This document shows, in pieces, positions 35,762 to 45,656 of a DNA stretch of 64,000 nt. Below the pieces are notes generated by a model. It was given only the letters and a program-made list of their open reading frames with translations, was not told where the DNA came from and did not search any database. The translations under genes and the position numbers were made by a program. Every line of letters begins with the position of its first letter. Position 1 is the first letter of the stretch. The DNA is from Candidatus Saccharimonadota bacterium (GTDB lineage: Bacteria; Patescibacteriota; Saccharimonadia; Saccharimonadales; Saccharimonadaceae): assembly GCA_017432305.1 (NCBI GenBank), contig JAFRJK010000008.1:78866-142865 (forward strand), given 5' to 3'.

Positions 35762-36945
35762 TGACTGAGAAAAAATCTACTGCAAGAACTTTTGGTGAAA
35801 TGCTAAAAAACGAGGTGAAAAATAATGAGAAATTTTATTTCTTCTCCCCGGACGAAACAACAAGTAATCGCCTCGACGCAATCTACGATGAAACGACTCG
35901 CGCTTGGTCGAATTTAAATATTGAACCACAAGATCTTCCGGAGGGTGACGGTGGACACATTATCGAGCTTCTCTCCGAGAATACACTTTTCTCGGTCATG
36001 ATTGGCCACATTATGGCTGGCGAACCGGCAATGATGGCGAGCTACGAAAGCTTCTTCACGATTATCGTTAGTCAAATTCTCCAACAACTAAAGTTCTTTG
36101 AACAAAGCGAAACTGTTAGCTTCCGTCCGGATTATCCGGCAGTAAATCTTTTAAGTACTAGCACTTGTTGGCGCCAAGATCATAACGGCTTTTCACACCA
36201 ATCTCCGATGCTTGTCTCGGCACTTCTCGAACGCCCTGGCAATAAAGTAAACTGTCTTTTCCCAGTTGATAGTGAATCTGCGAAAGAAACTTTTAAATTC
36301 ATGATGAATAGTGAAAATGTTGTAAATCTTACAACATTCAACAAAACCGAAGAGCCACAATACATTAATCCTGAACACGCTAAATACCAATTTGAAAATG
36401 GCGCGAGTGTCTTCAACCTTAATAATAAACGCGGTGAATTTGTTGACCCTGGAAAAGAAGGTCTCGGCGAAGCGGATATTGTTTTCGCGACTGCTGGTGA
36501 CATTGCAACTCGTGAAGCTATCGAAGCAATCAAATCTCTAAAAGAAGATTTTCCAAAAGCAAACTTCAGACTTATTAACATCCTTGCGCTTTCGCACGAT
36601 AAAATCGGTACAACCGAAAACCAAATGGATAAAAATACCTTTGATAAAATGTTTGGCAAAGTTGCTCCAATTATTACGAATTTCCATGGCTATGCTGACG
36701 CACTTAAAAATATCATCGGAAACTATACTGACGAAACTCGCGTGATTGCACATGGTTTTGAGGAACACGGTTCGACAACCACTCCGTTTGATATGCTTGC
36801 ACTAAACCACGCAAGTAGATACGACCTTGCGCTTGATGTTGCAAAAGAAATGCATCGCCCTGATCTTGTTGAAAAATATGAAGATCTTATCGCCCAGAAT
36901 TCCGGCCACGCCCGCGAGTTCGGCGAAGACTTGGTTGAGCTTTAG
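35761..36945 (+). CDS. xfp: Phosphoketolase, C-terminal part (split gene)
   Basis: FSPDETTSNRL and WRQDHNGFSHQSP motifs typical of the middle and C-terminal XFP domains. Confidence 0.8.
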   Translation: MTEKKSTARTFGEMLKNEVKNNEKFYFFSPDETTSNRLDAIYDETTRAWSNLNIEPQDLPEGDGGHIIELLSENTLFSVMIGHIMAGEPAMMASYESFFTIIVSQILQQLKFFEQSETVSFRPDYPAVNLLSTSTCWRQDHNGFSHQSPMLVSALLERPGNKVNCLFPVDSESAKETFKFMMNSENVVNLTTFNKTEEPQYINPEHAKYQFENGASVFNLNNKRGEFVDPGKEGLGEADIVFATAGDIATREAIEAIKSLKEDFPKANFRLINILALSHDKIGTTENQMDKNTFDKMFGKVAPIITNFHGYADALKNIIGNYTDETRVIAHGFEEHGSTTTPFDMLALNHASRYDLALDVAKEMHRPDLVEKYEDLIAQNSGHAREFGEDLVEL

Positions 36946-37669
36946 AAACTCTCGAAACTTTTTTGGAGACAACTCCAGTTTTTCCACTATTTTTGATTTT
37001 TGCAAACACCATCCGTCCAGAATTTGTTTGAATGAATTTCTCAAAAATTGCTTCAATCTCATTACCGACTTTTTTTGACGCATTATCGACAACTACCATT
37101 GTTCCTTCAGGAAGATAGCCAATGCCTTGTTTTGGGTTTGAACCAACCGCTACGATTTTAATTTTAAAACTATCTCCCGGGACGAATTCCGAGCGCAACT
37201 CATTCGCGAGTTCATTTGGGTTTAGAACGTCGATTTTTTCCGTTTCTGCTACTTTTTGGAGATTATAATCGCAGGTATAAATTAAGCCTTTATTTTCTTT
37301 TGCAAGTTCTATCAATCTCTCGTCAACTGGCGTTCGATCGAGCGCATCTTCTAAAATTTCCGTATCACAAAACACTACGCGTTCAAGTTCATTTGCGACG
37401 TCCATCCCAAATCTTGCACGACTACGTTTTTCGGAATCTTTTCCGTCTGCGAGAAGTTGTAATTCGCGAATTGCCGAACGTGGAATAATTAAGTTATCGC
37501 CTAAAAATCCAGTCTTCGCAATATGCAAAATCCTTCCATCCATCAGTCCGGAAGTATCAACGTAAATTTTTCGTTTGTTGCTGTTTGATTTTGTTTTCTT
37601 GAAGCTTTTTAAAACTAGAAAAGTTGTTTCAAGAAGAATCAAAACAGACAAAATAATTAATAATGTCAT
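36887..37669 (-). CDS. PIN/TRAM domain protein (YacL-like), membrane-anchored
   Basis: YVDTSGLMDGRILHIAKTGFLGDNLIIPRSAIRELQLLAD. N-terminal TM and a C-terminal TRAM-like beta region. Confidence 0.7.
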   Translation of the reverse strand: MTLLIILSVLILLETTFLVLKSFKKTKSNSNKRKIYVDTSGLMDGRILHIAKTGFLGDNLIIPRSAIRELQLLADGKDSEKRSRARFGMDVANELERVVFCDTEILEDALDRTPVDERLIELAKENKGLIYTCDYNLQKVAETEKIDVLNPNELANELRSEFVPGDSFKIKIVAVGSNPKQGIGYLPEGTMVVVDNASKKVGNEIEAIFEKFIQTNSGRMVFAKIKNSGKTGVVSKKVSRVSKAQPSLRRTRGRGRNSGR

Positions 37670-37776
37670 CCAATATATTTTACCATAAAAACTAAAAAAC
37701 TCAACCTCGCTGAAACGTTGGAAATATCCCCTAAACGTGCTATACTAGAAAGAGTTATAAAATAAGTAGAGGTGGT

Positions 37777-40563
37777 ATGGAGAAGAAAAAAGGAAAGACT
37801 GCAAATAAAAAAGCAGCTAAGTCCACTACGGGCGGTTTTAAAAGCTTTTCGAACAAAGCCAAAACCGCTGTTTCTAGTGGCTCAAGTAAGATAAAGACTG
37901 GCGCTGGTGGCCTTAAGAAAGCAATCTTCAAAAAAGGTGGAAAGGATATGAATGTCTATTCCAGCCTTAGCTATCGTCATAAAGCTAAAAAAGAGGCAAA
38001 AGCCAGAAAAGACGCCGAAGAACTTTCGCGCTTACCAAAAAACCCGGTAAAACGTTTCTTCGCGAAACTCCATCCAAAGCGCGTCGCGAAGTTTGTCTTC
38101 AGTAAACGCGGACTTTTCTTCTTCCTCAAAACCATTGCAGCCGTTATTCTCCTCGGCATTATCACAATTGGCGGTCTTTTCCTCTATTATAAAAAGGATC
38201 TTGAATCAATCCACCTCGATGAAATGAAAGTTTCTGAATCGGTTAACACCTACCTCGACCGAAACGGAAACGTCCTCTGGGAAGATAAAGGCGATGGCGA
38301 TTATCGTCTCGTGGTTGATGGTGAAAACATTTCGCGTTACATGCGTGAAGCAACTGTTGCGATTGAGGATAGAAACTTCTACAACCACAAAGGTATCGAT
38401 TTCGTTGGTATCACCCGTGCTGCTTGGTCAATTTTAACTGGCCAAGGCGTTCAAGGTGGTTCTACTTTAACTCAGCAGCTTATTAAACAAGTTTACTTCT
38501 CCGATGAAGCTGCTTCCGCGAACCGTGGTGGTCTCGCTCGTAAGGTTAAAGAGATGATTCTCGCAATCGAAGTCGAGAAAATGTATTCTAAGGAACAAAT
38601 CATCACCTTCTATCTTAATGAATCTCCTTATGGTGGTCGTCGTAATGGTGTCGAATCTGCAGCTCAAGCCTACTTTGGTAAAAGCGCAAAAGATTTAACC
38701 CTCGCCGAGGCTTCGCTCCTAGCTGCCATTCCGAATAACCCTGCAGTCTTAAACCCATATAACACCTATGGCAATGAGGCTCTCATCGCTCGTCAGAGAA
38801 AAACTCTCGATGTGATGTGCGAGATGGGCTATATCACTGAACAAGAACGTGATGAAGCAAAAGCTGTAAATATTCTCGACACAATCCGTCCTGAAACTGG
38901 TCAATACGAAAACATTAAAGCTCCACATTTCGTTCTCGAAGTTAAAAAACAACTCGAGGAAAAATATGGGATGAAAACGATGCGTGCTGGTGGTTTCACA
39001 ATTAAAACCACTCTCGATATTCGTGCTCAAGGAATGGCTGAAGCTGCAGTCGCTGAAGGCGCAAAATACACTTACATGAATAAATCTGACAACCTCGCAC
39101 TTTCTTCTGTTGATGTTGAAACTGGCCAAGTTATCGCAATGGTAGGCTCCATCGATTGGAATCGTGATGTTTATGGTGAGCTCAACGCCGCAACTTCCGA
39201 CCTCGAACCAGGTTCGACAATCAAGCCTATTCTCGACTATGGCCCACTCTTTATGCAACGTGATGGCCAAAACTATGGTCCAGGCTCGATTTTGAAAGAT
39301 GAAAACATCGATAAACTTTATTGTGGCGGTTACTCTGGTTCTTGTATGCTTCGTAACGCTTCAAACAAGTTTAATGGGAATATCACAATCCGAAAATCGC
39401 TTGGTAACTCCCTCAACATTCCAGCCGTAAAAGCACTCTACATTAACGGTATTGAGAATTCGCTCGAAATCGCACATAAACTTGGCGACGTTTCGTATTG
39501 TGCAAACTCTGAAAACTATGGTCTTGCAATCGGTATCGGTTCCGGTTGTACTGTCAAACCAATCGAACATGCAAACGCTTTCGCTTCAATCTCCCGTGGT
39601 GGTGTTTATAAACCACTCGCTTACGTCCTCGAAATGAAGAACTCAAGTGGCGATATTATTGAAAAATGGGAAGACACTGAAGGTGAACGCGTCTATGACG
39701 CACAAGTTGCTTATATGCTCGAAAGCATTCTTTCCGACGCTTCCGCTCGTACAATTACCTTCGGCTCGCAAGCAACTAGCTTCGGTTTCAACGTTAACGG
39801 CGTTGTTACTGGTTCGAAAACTGGTACGACTACTACCTCGAACGCAAACGTGACAAAAGACTCTTGGATGGCAAGTTTCTCGACCGCTATCGCAACAACC
39901 GTTTGGAATGGTAACCACGATGGTTCCGGCCTTTCTTCCTCGTCTAACTATGTTGTGAGAAAAGTTGTCTCTGCTTATATGGAACCAGTCCATAAAGAGC
40001 TTTACGCAAGTGAAGGCAAATGGAAATCTGGTGATACCTGGGACAAACCTTCTGGTATCCAAAACCTAACCGTAAATGGTCAAAAGGATATTTGGCCAAG
40101 CTGGTACAATTCGAAAACTTCTGGCGTGACGAAAGAAACTCTCGTCTTTAACTCTGTGAATAAGAAGAAAGCAACTGCTTGTACTCCGGAATCACTTAAA
40201 GAATCAATCGAAGTTTCAGTCATGACCGACCCAGTTTCCGAGTCGAAGATTTATAGTGGCCTCCCGGATGGTTATGATGAAAAGGCTGATGACGATTGTG
40301 CCTACGTCATCCCAACTGTTGCTATCTCTGGTTATAGTGGCGGGAAGCTCGTCTTTGGCGCCGTAAAAGGTAGCGCAGGACTAAACTCCTATATTGTCTA
40401 TAAGAAGACTGGCAACGAGGCTGAAAAACAAGTTAAATCTGGTACTGTTAAAGAAGGAACGAATACCGTCGAAGGAATCGAAGCTTCAGCTGGCGACACC
40501 CTTCGCGTGATGGTGACTGATGTAAATGGCACTTCCGACTCCGCGACCTATAAAGTAAAATAA
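37777..40563 (+). CDS. Class A penicillin-binding protein (glycosyltransferase + transpeptidase)
   Basis: EDRNFYNHKGID and GGSTLTQQL (GT51). STIKP and SGT/KTG-type motifs (TP). Confidence 0.9.
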   Translation: MEKKKGKTANKKAAKSTTGGFKSFSNKAKTAVSSGSSKIKTGAGGLKKAIFKKGGKDMNVYSSLSYRHKAKKEAKARKDAEELSRLPKNPVKRFFAKLHPKRVAKFVFSKRGLFFFLKTIAAVILLGIITIGGLFLYYKKDLESIHLDEMKVSESVNTYLDRNGNVLWEDKGDGDYRLVVDGENISRYMREATVAIEDRNFYNHKGIDFVGITRAAWSILTGQGVQGGSTLTQQLIKQVYFSDEAASANRGGLARKVKEMILAIEVEKMYSKEQIITFYLNESPYGGRRNGVESAAQAYFGKSAKDLTLAEASLLAAIPNNPAVLNPYNTYGNEALIARQRKTLDVMCEMGYITEQERDEAKAVNILDTIRPETGQYENIKAPHFVLEVKKQLEEKYGMKTMRAGGFTIKTTLDIRAQGMAEAAVAEGAKYTYMNKSDNLALSSVDVETGQVIAMVGSIDWNRDVYGELNAATSDLEPGSTIKPILDYGPLFMQRDGQNYGPGSILKDENIDKLYCGGYSGSCMLRNASNKFNGNITIRKSLGNSLNIPAVKALYINGIENSLEIAHKLGDVSYCANSENYGLAIGIGSGCTVKPIEHANAFASISRGGVYKPLAYVLEMKNSSGDIIEKWEDTEGERVYDAQVAYMLESILSDASARTITFGSQATSFGFNVNGVVTGSKTGTTTTSNANVTKDSWMASFSTAIATTVWNGNHDGSGLSSSSNYVVRKVVSAYMEPVHKELYASEGKWKSGDTWDKPSGIQNLTVNGQKDIWPSWYNSKTSGVTKETLVFNSVNKKKATACTPESLKESIEVSVMTDPVSESKIYSGLPDGYDEKADDDCAYVIPTVAISGYSGGKLVFGAVKGSAGLNSYIVYKKTGNEAEKQVKSGTVKEGTNTVEGIEASAGDTLRVMVTDVNGTSDSATYKVK

Positions 40564-40582
40564 ACAAGTTTAAAATCCTTTA

Positions 40583-40610
40583 AAGTGCGCTCTAAAATTG
40601 GGGCGCACTT
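40583..40610 (+). terminator. Hairpin after the PBP gene
   Basis: AAGTGCGC-12 nt-GCGCACTT with a weak T-tract. Confidence 0.5.
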
Positions 40611-40640
40611 ATCTGTTATTTATGATATAATTAAACTATT

Positions 40641-41939
40641 ATGAAGTTATCAGAAGAGCTAATTTGGCGTGGATTTCAAGCTGAAACCACGATTAAAGAT
40701 CCATCAACTTTAGATACTAGAGAAAACAAGCAGTTCTATTGGGGTGCAGATCCAAGTGCCGATAGTTTAACTATTGGTAACCTCGCCGCCTTAATGATGT
40801 GCGCTTGTTTTGTCCGCCATGGTTATAAACCATATCTTCTCGTTGGTGGCGCAACTGGCCAAATCGGCGATCCAAAAGAAAATGGCGAACGTGATTTGAA
40901 ATCTATTGAAGAAATTGAACATAATAAGGAATGCATCAAAAAACAAATCGAGTCGATTATTTCTCCTGATAGCGCTGCAAATACAAAAGATGACGGCGAC
41001 GCTGAAAATGATGGTTGGGAAGTCACGATGGTCGACAACTACGATTGGTTTAAAGATATGAACTATCTTGAATTCCTCCGTTCTGTTGGTAAGGCTTTCT
41101 CGATGACTCAGCTTCTCGACCGTAAATTCATTCAAAACCGTATCGGCGAAGGTGGTTCTGGAATCTCATACGCAGAATTTAGCTACACTCTTATTCAGGG
41201 CTATGATTTCTGGCATCTCTACAAAGAATATGGCATTGATCTTCAGATTTGTGGTGCCGATCAATATGGAAATGCGTCTTCCGGCATCCATCTCATTAAC
41301 AAGTTTGAAAATACTGAGGCTAATGTTTGGTCAACTCCGCTTGTTATCGACCCAGCGACTGGTCGTAAATTCGGAAAATCCGAAGGGAACGCTATTTGGC
41401 TCGCTCCAACCGACAACGGGCAAGGAAACTACACTTCCGTCTTCGACTTCTACCAATTCTGGCTCAACCAACCTGATGAATCTGTTGAATATCTTCTTAA
41501 AATCTATACCATTTTAGGAAAAGAAGAAATCGAATTAATTCTCGCCGAACATAGAACATCTCCAGAAAAACGCATCGCCCAAAAAGCCTTAGCAAAAGGT
41601 GCAACCGAAGTTGTTCATGGTAAAACTAGTGCTGAAGCGGCGATAAACTTAACAGAAATTCTTTTTGGCGATAGAAAACTTGGCCTTCTTTCTGAATCTG
41701 AAATCGAGGGAATTGCAATGCTCCTCCCGACGATTAAACTTAGCGAAGATCGCGCTCAAATCAATATTGTCGACGCTCTTGTCGAGACTGAACTTGTCTC
41801 TTCGAAAGGCGAGGCAAGAAAAATGATTACAGCAGGCGCAATTTCAGCTAATGGCGAAAAAATTTCTGATGATAACTTTATGATTATGTCACTTTCGATT
41901 TTAAAACGTGGGAAAAATAAGTTTGCATTAGTAAAATAA
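40641..41939 (+). CDS. tyrS: Tyrosine--tRNA ligase
   Basis: Class I HIGH-like region, KFGKSEGNAIWL (KMSKS) and a C-terminal S4 domain. Confidence 0.95.
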   Translation: MKLSEELIWRGFQAETTIKDPSTLDTRENKQFYWGADPSADSLTIGNLAALMMCACFVRHGYKPYLLVGGATGQIGDPKENGERDLKSIEEIEHNKECIKKQIESIISPDSAANTKDDGDAENDGWEVTMVDNYDWFKDMNYLEFLRSVGKAFSMTQLLDRKFIQNRIGEGGSGISYAEFSYTLIQGYDFWHLYKEYGIDLQICGADQYGNASSGIHLINKFENTEANVWSTPLVIDPATGRKFGKSEGNAIWLAPTDNGQGNYTSVFDFYQFWLNQPDESVEYLLKIYTILGKEEIELILAEHRTSPEKRIAQKALAKGATEVVHGKTSAEAAINLTEILFGDRKLGLLSESEIEGIAMLLPTIKLSEDRAQINIVDALVETELVSSKGEARKMITAGAISANGEKISDDNFMIMSLSILKRGKNKFALVK

Positions 41940-41959
41940 TTAGAAACTTAGGAGGTAAA

Positions 41960-42748
41960 ATGAAAAAAGTTCTATCTTTCGATATCGATCAAACTTTAAA
42001 TGTTGCAAAAACTCCAATCACGGAAGAAATTGCCGAACTTTTAACAAAATGTCTAAATCATTTTGAGATTTGTCCAATTTCCGGCCAAAAATTCGACCAA
42101 TTTCTAATCCAAATCGTGAACCCGATGTTAGATTACGCAAACGTAACCGAAGAACAACTCTCTCACCTTCATCTTTTCGTCGCCCAAGGAACGCAATATT
42201 ATAAATATAATCCCTCAGGAGCTGGTTACGATGAAAAAAATTGGGAAAGAGTTTATAATTACCCATTAACCGACGAACAAGTTGAAAAAATCACGAAAGC
42301 AATTGAAGAATCGGCGAAAGAACTTGGCTTCTGGGAAGAAGATAAATTAAAACCTGGTGACGAAATTATTGAAAATCGCCTCTCTCAAGTTACTTTTTCG
42401 GCCCTCGGGCAAAAAGCTGGCACTGAAGAAAAATATGCCTGGGACCCAGATTGTAAGAAACGTGAAAAAATCGTCGCATTATGTAAGGAAAAGGCTCCAG
42501 AATTCCAATACGAAATCGGCGGAACGACTTCAATTAACGCAATCACCCCAGGGATGAATAAAGAATTTGGCATGACAAAACTCCTCGAATATTTGAAAGT
42601 TAAAAAAGAGGATGTTCTCTATTTTGGCGACATGACGCAACCTGGCGGGAACGATTATCCAGTCGTGAAAATGGGCTTTGATACTATTACGGTCCGCTCC
42701 CACGAAGACACTGCCTTTGCACTCCGTGGCATATTAAATGTTTTATAA
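41960..42748 (+). CDS. HAD-IIB family hydrolase (phosphomannomutase-like)
   Basis: FDIDQTL motif I, then ...GDMTQPGGNDYP motif IV. Confidence 0.65.
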   Translation: MKKVLSFDIDQTLNVAKTPITEEIAELLTKCLNHFEICPISGQKFDQFLIQIVNPMLDYANVTEEQLSHLHLFVAQGTQYYKYNPSGAGYDEKNWERVYNYPLTDEQVEKITKAIEESAKELGFWEEDKLKPGDEIIENRLSQVTFSALGQKAGTEEKYAWDPDCKKREKIVALCKEKAPEFQYEIGGTTSINAITPGMNKEFGMTKLLEYLKVKKEDVLYFGDMTQPGGNDYPVVKMGFDTITVRSHEDTAFALRGILNVL

Positions 42749-42769
42749 CGCTTATGGTATAATAGAACT

Positions 42770-43546
42770 ATGAAAACGTATATTGTGGGCAACTGGAAGA
42801 TGAACCTTTCTGTGGGCGAATCTTCAATCTATCTTCAAAAACTTTTAAAACGTATTAAATTAGCAAAGGGCTTAGAAGTCGCGATTGCGCCGAGCACGAT
42901 TGCGCTCCAATCTTTAAGTGTCCAACTTGAACGCAGTAAGTCGAAAATTAAACTCTGTGCGCAGAATTTTTATCAAAAAGATTATGGTGCTTATACTGGC
43001 GAAGTTTCCGTGATGCAACTCCGCGGGATTGTTAATTATTCGATTGTCGGGCATAGCGAGCGCCGCTATATCTTTGGCGAAACGAATAAAGACTTAAGAC
43101 AAAAAGTTGCTGCTGCAATTCGAAATAATATCACTCCAATTCTCTGCGTTGGTGAGACTGAAAATGAGAGAAGCTATGGCGAAACGAAGGATGTACTTCG
43201 TGACGAAATTTTTGGCGCACTTTCAGAAATTGATGCTGATGATGTAAAAAAAGTGATTATCGCCTACGAGCCAGTTTGGGCAATTTCTAGTACAAAAGAC
43301 GCGAAAATTGCTTCTCCAGACGATATTGCAGATAGCGTAAAACTAATTCGAAGTGAATTAAAAGAAATTTACGGGAAAGAAGTCTCGGAAGAAGTCCCAA
43401 TTTTATATGGCGGTTCGGTCAACCCGAACAACGCCGGCGCCTATCTTACAATTCCTGGTGTGAACGGACTTTTAATCGGCGGAAGCAGTTTGATTTCGGA
43501 TCATTTCGTCGATATTATCGAGATTGCAAAGCGTGTAAAGAGCTAA
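42770..43546 (+). CDS. tpiA: Triose-phosphate isomerase
   Basis: GNWKMN, GHSERR, AYEPVWAI and GGS motifs. Leaderless: TATAAT at 42758-42763, 6 nt, then ATG. Confidence 0.95.
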   Translation: MKTYIVGNWKMNLSVGESSIYLQKLLKRIKLAKGLEVAIAPSTIALQSLSVQLERSKSKIKLCAQNFYQKDYGAYTGEVSVMQLRGIVNYSIVGHSERRYIFGETNKDLRQKVAAAIRNNITPILCVGETENERSYGETKDVLRDEIFGALSEIDADDVKKVIIAYEPVWAISSTKDAKIASPDDIADSVKLIRSELKEIYGKEVSEEVPILYGGSVNPNNAGAYLTIPGVNGLLIGGSSLISDHFVDIIEIAKRVKS

Positions 43547-43594
43547 CTTTTTTGCATTTTTTCACGAAATACTATACAATAAAAAAAGATACAA

Positions 43595-44689
43595 ATGAAC
43601 GACAAAGATATGTTTGAAACTGAGGAAAAACCAGCAAACCGCCCACATAAGCGAATGATTGATTTTGTGCCACGCGCTGCTGCTGGCTCTAGTTCGCATA
43701 CTCCTAGAGATACTGGCCTGCTTTCTGAGGCGGAGAAACGCCGCCATGAAATCGCGAAAAAAGAAGTCCAGCGTCGTGAAGAAATCCACCGTCAAATTGA
43801 AGTCCAAAAAGAACACGATATTATTATGCGTCGCCGCGAAATCGCTGCTCGTCAGGATTTAGCGCGCCGTATTGAGATGGAGAAGAAAGAGAACGAAGAA
43901 GCTCTTGCTGCACACGAAAGAGAATTGATGGCTGCTCGTGAAAGGGAAGAAATCGCGCGAAAACGCGCCCTTATCGAACGTCTTGCAAGGTTTGAACGCC
44001 AAAGAGCTATCGCTGAGCGTCGCGCAAAACAAGCTCGTGCAGAACTTGCTCGCCGTCGTGAAATGGAAATTAAGCCTCGTGTAGAGGTTAAAGATAGCAC
44101 TCCTGAAAATATTCCTGAGAAAGAAGCCGGTGTCGAAAGAAGGCTTGGCTCGGTTGAAGATTTTGAAGCAGAATTAAACGACCTTGAAACCGCTGCAGAG
44201 CTAATTGAGGCTGAAGAAAACGAAAATGTCGAGGCGATGATGAAAGATAATCGCCCGAATAATTTCCTTGAAGATATCGGGAATGTCTCAGTAAAGAAAG
44301 AAAAGGCGAAAAAGAAACCTGAAAATAAGATTGAAGAAGAGGATTCTTCAAAGAATAATGATCGCTATGTTCTTGGTGGCTACTCGCCGTTTATTAACAC
44401 CGAAGTTGAGAAACGCCCGCTTTCTGGCGGAACGAAGACCTTAGAATCGACTGCCCACGCTACAAGAAAACCAGCAGGCCGTTATGTCCCTTATGAAGAA
44501 CCAATCCCACATAAAAATATTTACGAACGCTCGCTTGCAAAAGAGAAGAAAAATGGGAAAGATGTCCCGACGATGGTGGTTGGAGAAGCTTCGAAAGGTT
44601 CGAAAGTTTCGCTTATTATTGCGATTGCTTTAACAATTATTCTTGGCGCTACAGTCGGTGCGATTGCTTATCTTGCGATTTTCCAATAG
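43595..44689 (+). CDS. Hypothetical E/R-rich coiled-coil protein with a C-terminal TM anchor
   Basis: 364-aa ORF with a long charged repeat-like region and a C-terminal SLIIAIALTIILGATVGAIAYLAIF. Confidence 0.5.
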   Translation: MNDKDMFETEEKPANRPHKRMIDFVPRAAAGSSSHTPRDTGLLSEAEKRRHEIAKKEVQRREEIHRQIEVQKEHDIIMRRREIAARQDLARRIEMEKKENEEALAAHERELMAAREREEIARKRALIERLARFERQRAIAERRAKQARAELARRREMEIKPRVEVKDSTPENIPEKEAGVERRLGSVEDFEAELNDLETAAELIEAEENENVEAMMKDNRPNNFLEDIGNVSVKKEKAKKKPENKIEEEDSSKNNDRYVLGGYSPFINTEVEKRPLSGGTKTLESTAHATRKPAGRYVPYEEPIPHKNIYERSLAKEKKNGKDVPTMVVGEASKGSKVSLIIAIALTIILGATVGAIAYLAIFQ

Positions 44690-44698
44690 GTGGTAAAA

Positions 44699-45139
44699 AT
44701 GAATGGTTCTACTCCCGGCGACAATAAACTTGTCCGAAAATTTGTGATGAAAGGCGATAAAAAGGAGGATTTTTTCCATACCTCTGGTTACGCTGACGCC
44801 CAAAATGCGGATCATATCGGATCCGCCTCGACTGGAATGACGATGGAAGAGCGAAAGGCAATCGAGGAAAAGCGCAAATTCGTCCAAAAATACAATAATT
44901 CAAAGATTTTCCAAAGTAATACAAATTTAAATCACGCAAAAAAGTATACTCCGCGAACCGAGGGTGGCGCGAACGCACTTTTTGGTTCGAGAAATCGAAT
45001 TGACACCGTTGGCGACGCAAACGGGAATATTAGAGTTGGCTACGGTCGCACGGCTGGCGGAACGGCGAACGACGCAAAGGGAATTGGAAGTGTCGGCGGA
45101 AACGTCCGTGGTATTGGTCAAACTGCTGTAAAACCATAA
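44699..45139 (+). CDS. Hypothetical protein (146 aa)
   Basis: ORF with AGGTGG before the ATG at 44699. No motif recognised. Confidence 0.4.
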   Translation: MNGSTPGDNKLVRKFVMKGDKKEDFFHTSGYADAQNADHIGSASTGMTMEERKAIEEKRKFVQKYNNSKIFQSNTNLNHAKKYTPRTEGGANALFGSRNRIDTVGDANGNIRVGYGRTAGGTANDAKGIGSVGGNVRGIGQTAVKP

Positions 45140-45150
45140 TTATCACTCTG

Positions 45151-45361
45151 CTACGCAACGGATTGAAAGACCACTTCCCCGCCGGTCGCCATCTCCTGTA
45201 TTACTCATAGAAATATTAGTTGTTCCAGCGTCTTGTCCGGTTACGAGACAAGCTGCGGAGTCATTAGAAAAGGTATATTTTCCTCTGTAGCGCCCATTAG
45301 ATAAGCGCCCCCAAATACCACCCATGCTACGACCATAAGCCCCACCCCTCCAAAAATCCAA
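45151..45361 (-). repeat. FWRGG-IRC cassette E16
   Basis: Head rc at 45341-45361. Reads LDFWRGGAYGRSMGGIWGRLSNGRYRGKYTFSNDSAACLVTGQDAGTTNISMSNTGDGDRRGSGLSIRCVAE, then a stop. Confidence 0.85.
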
Positions 45362-45433
45362 TGGAGCAAGAAGCCTCTAAAGAGGTTAGAGGGGTTGTTT
45401 TTTTTAGATTTTTTAGTATAATAATAAAGACTT

Positions 45434-45511
45434 GGTGGGATTAGCTCAGATGGTTAGAGCGTCTGATTGTGGTCCAGAAGGTCGTCGGTTCGATCCCGAT
45501 ATCCCACCCCA
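45434..45511 (+). tRNA. tRNA-His (anticodon GTG) with encoded G-1 and CCA
   Basis: G-1 plus GTGGGAT/ATCCCAC acceptor, C73, loop TTGTGGT, T-arm GGTTCGATCC. Confidence 0.85.
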
Positions 45512-45550
45512 GTAAGAACCGAGCAAACGAGAAAGTTCATTTTCTCACTT

Positions 45551-45625
45551 GCGAGTGTAGTACAGCGGTTAGTATGCAAGTTTTCCAAACTTGAGATGAG
45601 GTTTCGACTACCTCCACTCGCACCA
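45551..45625 (+). tRNA. tRNA-Gly (anticodon TCC), CCA encoded
   Basis: GCGAGTG/CACTCGC acceptor, anticodon arm CAAGT-TTTCCAA-ACTTG, T-arm GAGGT-TTCGACT-ACCTC. Confidence 0.9.
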
Positions 45626-45627
45626 AA

Positions 45628-45650
45628 AACCCTTCGGGGTTATTTTTGTT
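45628..45650 (+). terminator. Intrinsic terminator (UUCG loop) after the tRNA pair
   Basis: AACCC-ttcg-GGGTT followed by ATTTTTGTT. It ends 7 nt before the E17 head. Confidence 0.7.
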
Positions 45651-45656
45651 GTTCTC

